From Tubulanus polymorphus (lineage: Eukaryota > Animalia > Nemertea), in assembly GCF_964204645.1 (NCBI RefSeq), contig NC_134033.1, positions 1,818,131 through 1,882,130 of the forward strand: a DNA stretch of 64,000 bases. The letters run 5' to 3'. Positions 63,321-64,000 of the stretch are shown piece by piece. A model generated the notes under the pieces. That model was given only the letters and a program-made list of their open reading frames with translations. It did no database searches and was not told the origin of the DNA. How positions within the stretch are numbered: position 1 is the stretch's first letter; each line of letters starts with the position of its first letter. The translations under genes and the position numbers were made by a program.

Positions 63321-64000
63321 CGGGGTATTTCTAGTATAGTCGGGGAGAGAGCGACAGGCGTTTTGACCCCAGTATCCAAGGTACTATAAAAGTCTTTTTT
63401 AGACGATCACGATTCTAAACCTGATCCAAAAACCGGTCATCAAGTGAGCACAGGCATTTATTGCTAACTATTTCATACATCTAACTATTTTTTCTAATCG
63501 TACGGAACCAACTGATCAGTATTTGCGTGTGTTGTGTTTGGTGTCATCGAGATGAACATTGAGTCTGTCGTCGGGTGGACCGAGGCCGAATGTATTGAAC
63601 AGGGCCGCGTAGAAAGCGATTGATGCCGGGATACTGTTCGTTTCGTCGGCTGGAAAATAACGAAGCTGACTCCCGTGATTTCTTACCGGCAAGTGCGGCG
63701 GTTAAATGGCACGAGCAAAGATAACTTCATCAAAAATACTCGGCTTGTTCACAATGCCGCTTCAAATTATGCCTTGAATGAGCCGAAACCTGCCGAACTG
63801 AGTGAGTCTGAGGAGATGAAAGAACTCTTTAACACAACGAACGGCAAAAAACCTCAGAGATTCTTTCTATTGTCCGCTAACCACGTCAGATAAGAAACGA
63901 TCTAGCCCTGGCAAGCGAGGAAAAGGTCCCGTTTTGCTATGGCAAACGAGACAAAATTTTACACACATGTTAAATATATACGGATACAGAAAAAGAACGA

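Noticed and set aside
63550-63960. Coding exon near the window end
   Set aside because: The frame is interrupted by stops and I recognise no family.

Overview
AT-rich, repeat-dense eukaryotic DNA with spliceosomal introns. The gene content suggests an invertebrate, probably a lophotrochozoan; the species cannot be fixed from the sequence. Genes I could splice by hand: the 3' part of CDC16/APC6 (11 exons, 63-9341, +), with an intronless peptide-receptor-like class A GPCR nested in one of its introns; a secreted PAN + C-type lectin gene (-); complete PDHA1 (8 exons, +); a cluster of small secreted Cys-rich proteins with variable (Gly-Thr-Pro)n tracts (three intact-looking 3-exon genes plus orphan exons, 34.4-49.7 kb); and a frameshifted, truncated copy of the GPCR. 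The strongest unexplained signal is a set of minimal type I hammerhead-ribozyme motifs (CTGANGA...GAAA-CG-TH) in three sequence families with covarying stems. One family forms a 12 x 69-bp sense-strand tandem array inside PDHA1 intron 3, a candidate ultra-small retrozyme-like self-cleaving system. Other points of interest are a bipartite motif with fixed spacing (GMCATCTA-N14-AACTACA) at three unrelated loci, a DNA transposon with its empty site visible in a paralog, a minisatellite grown from a SINE A-box, and many MITEs, SINE/LINE remnants and a 3.4-3.8 kb tandem duplication. All calls come from reading the sequence; nothing was computed or searched.
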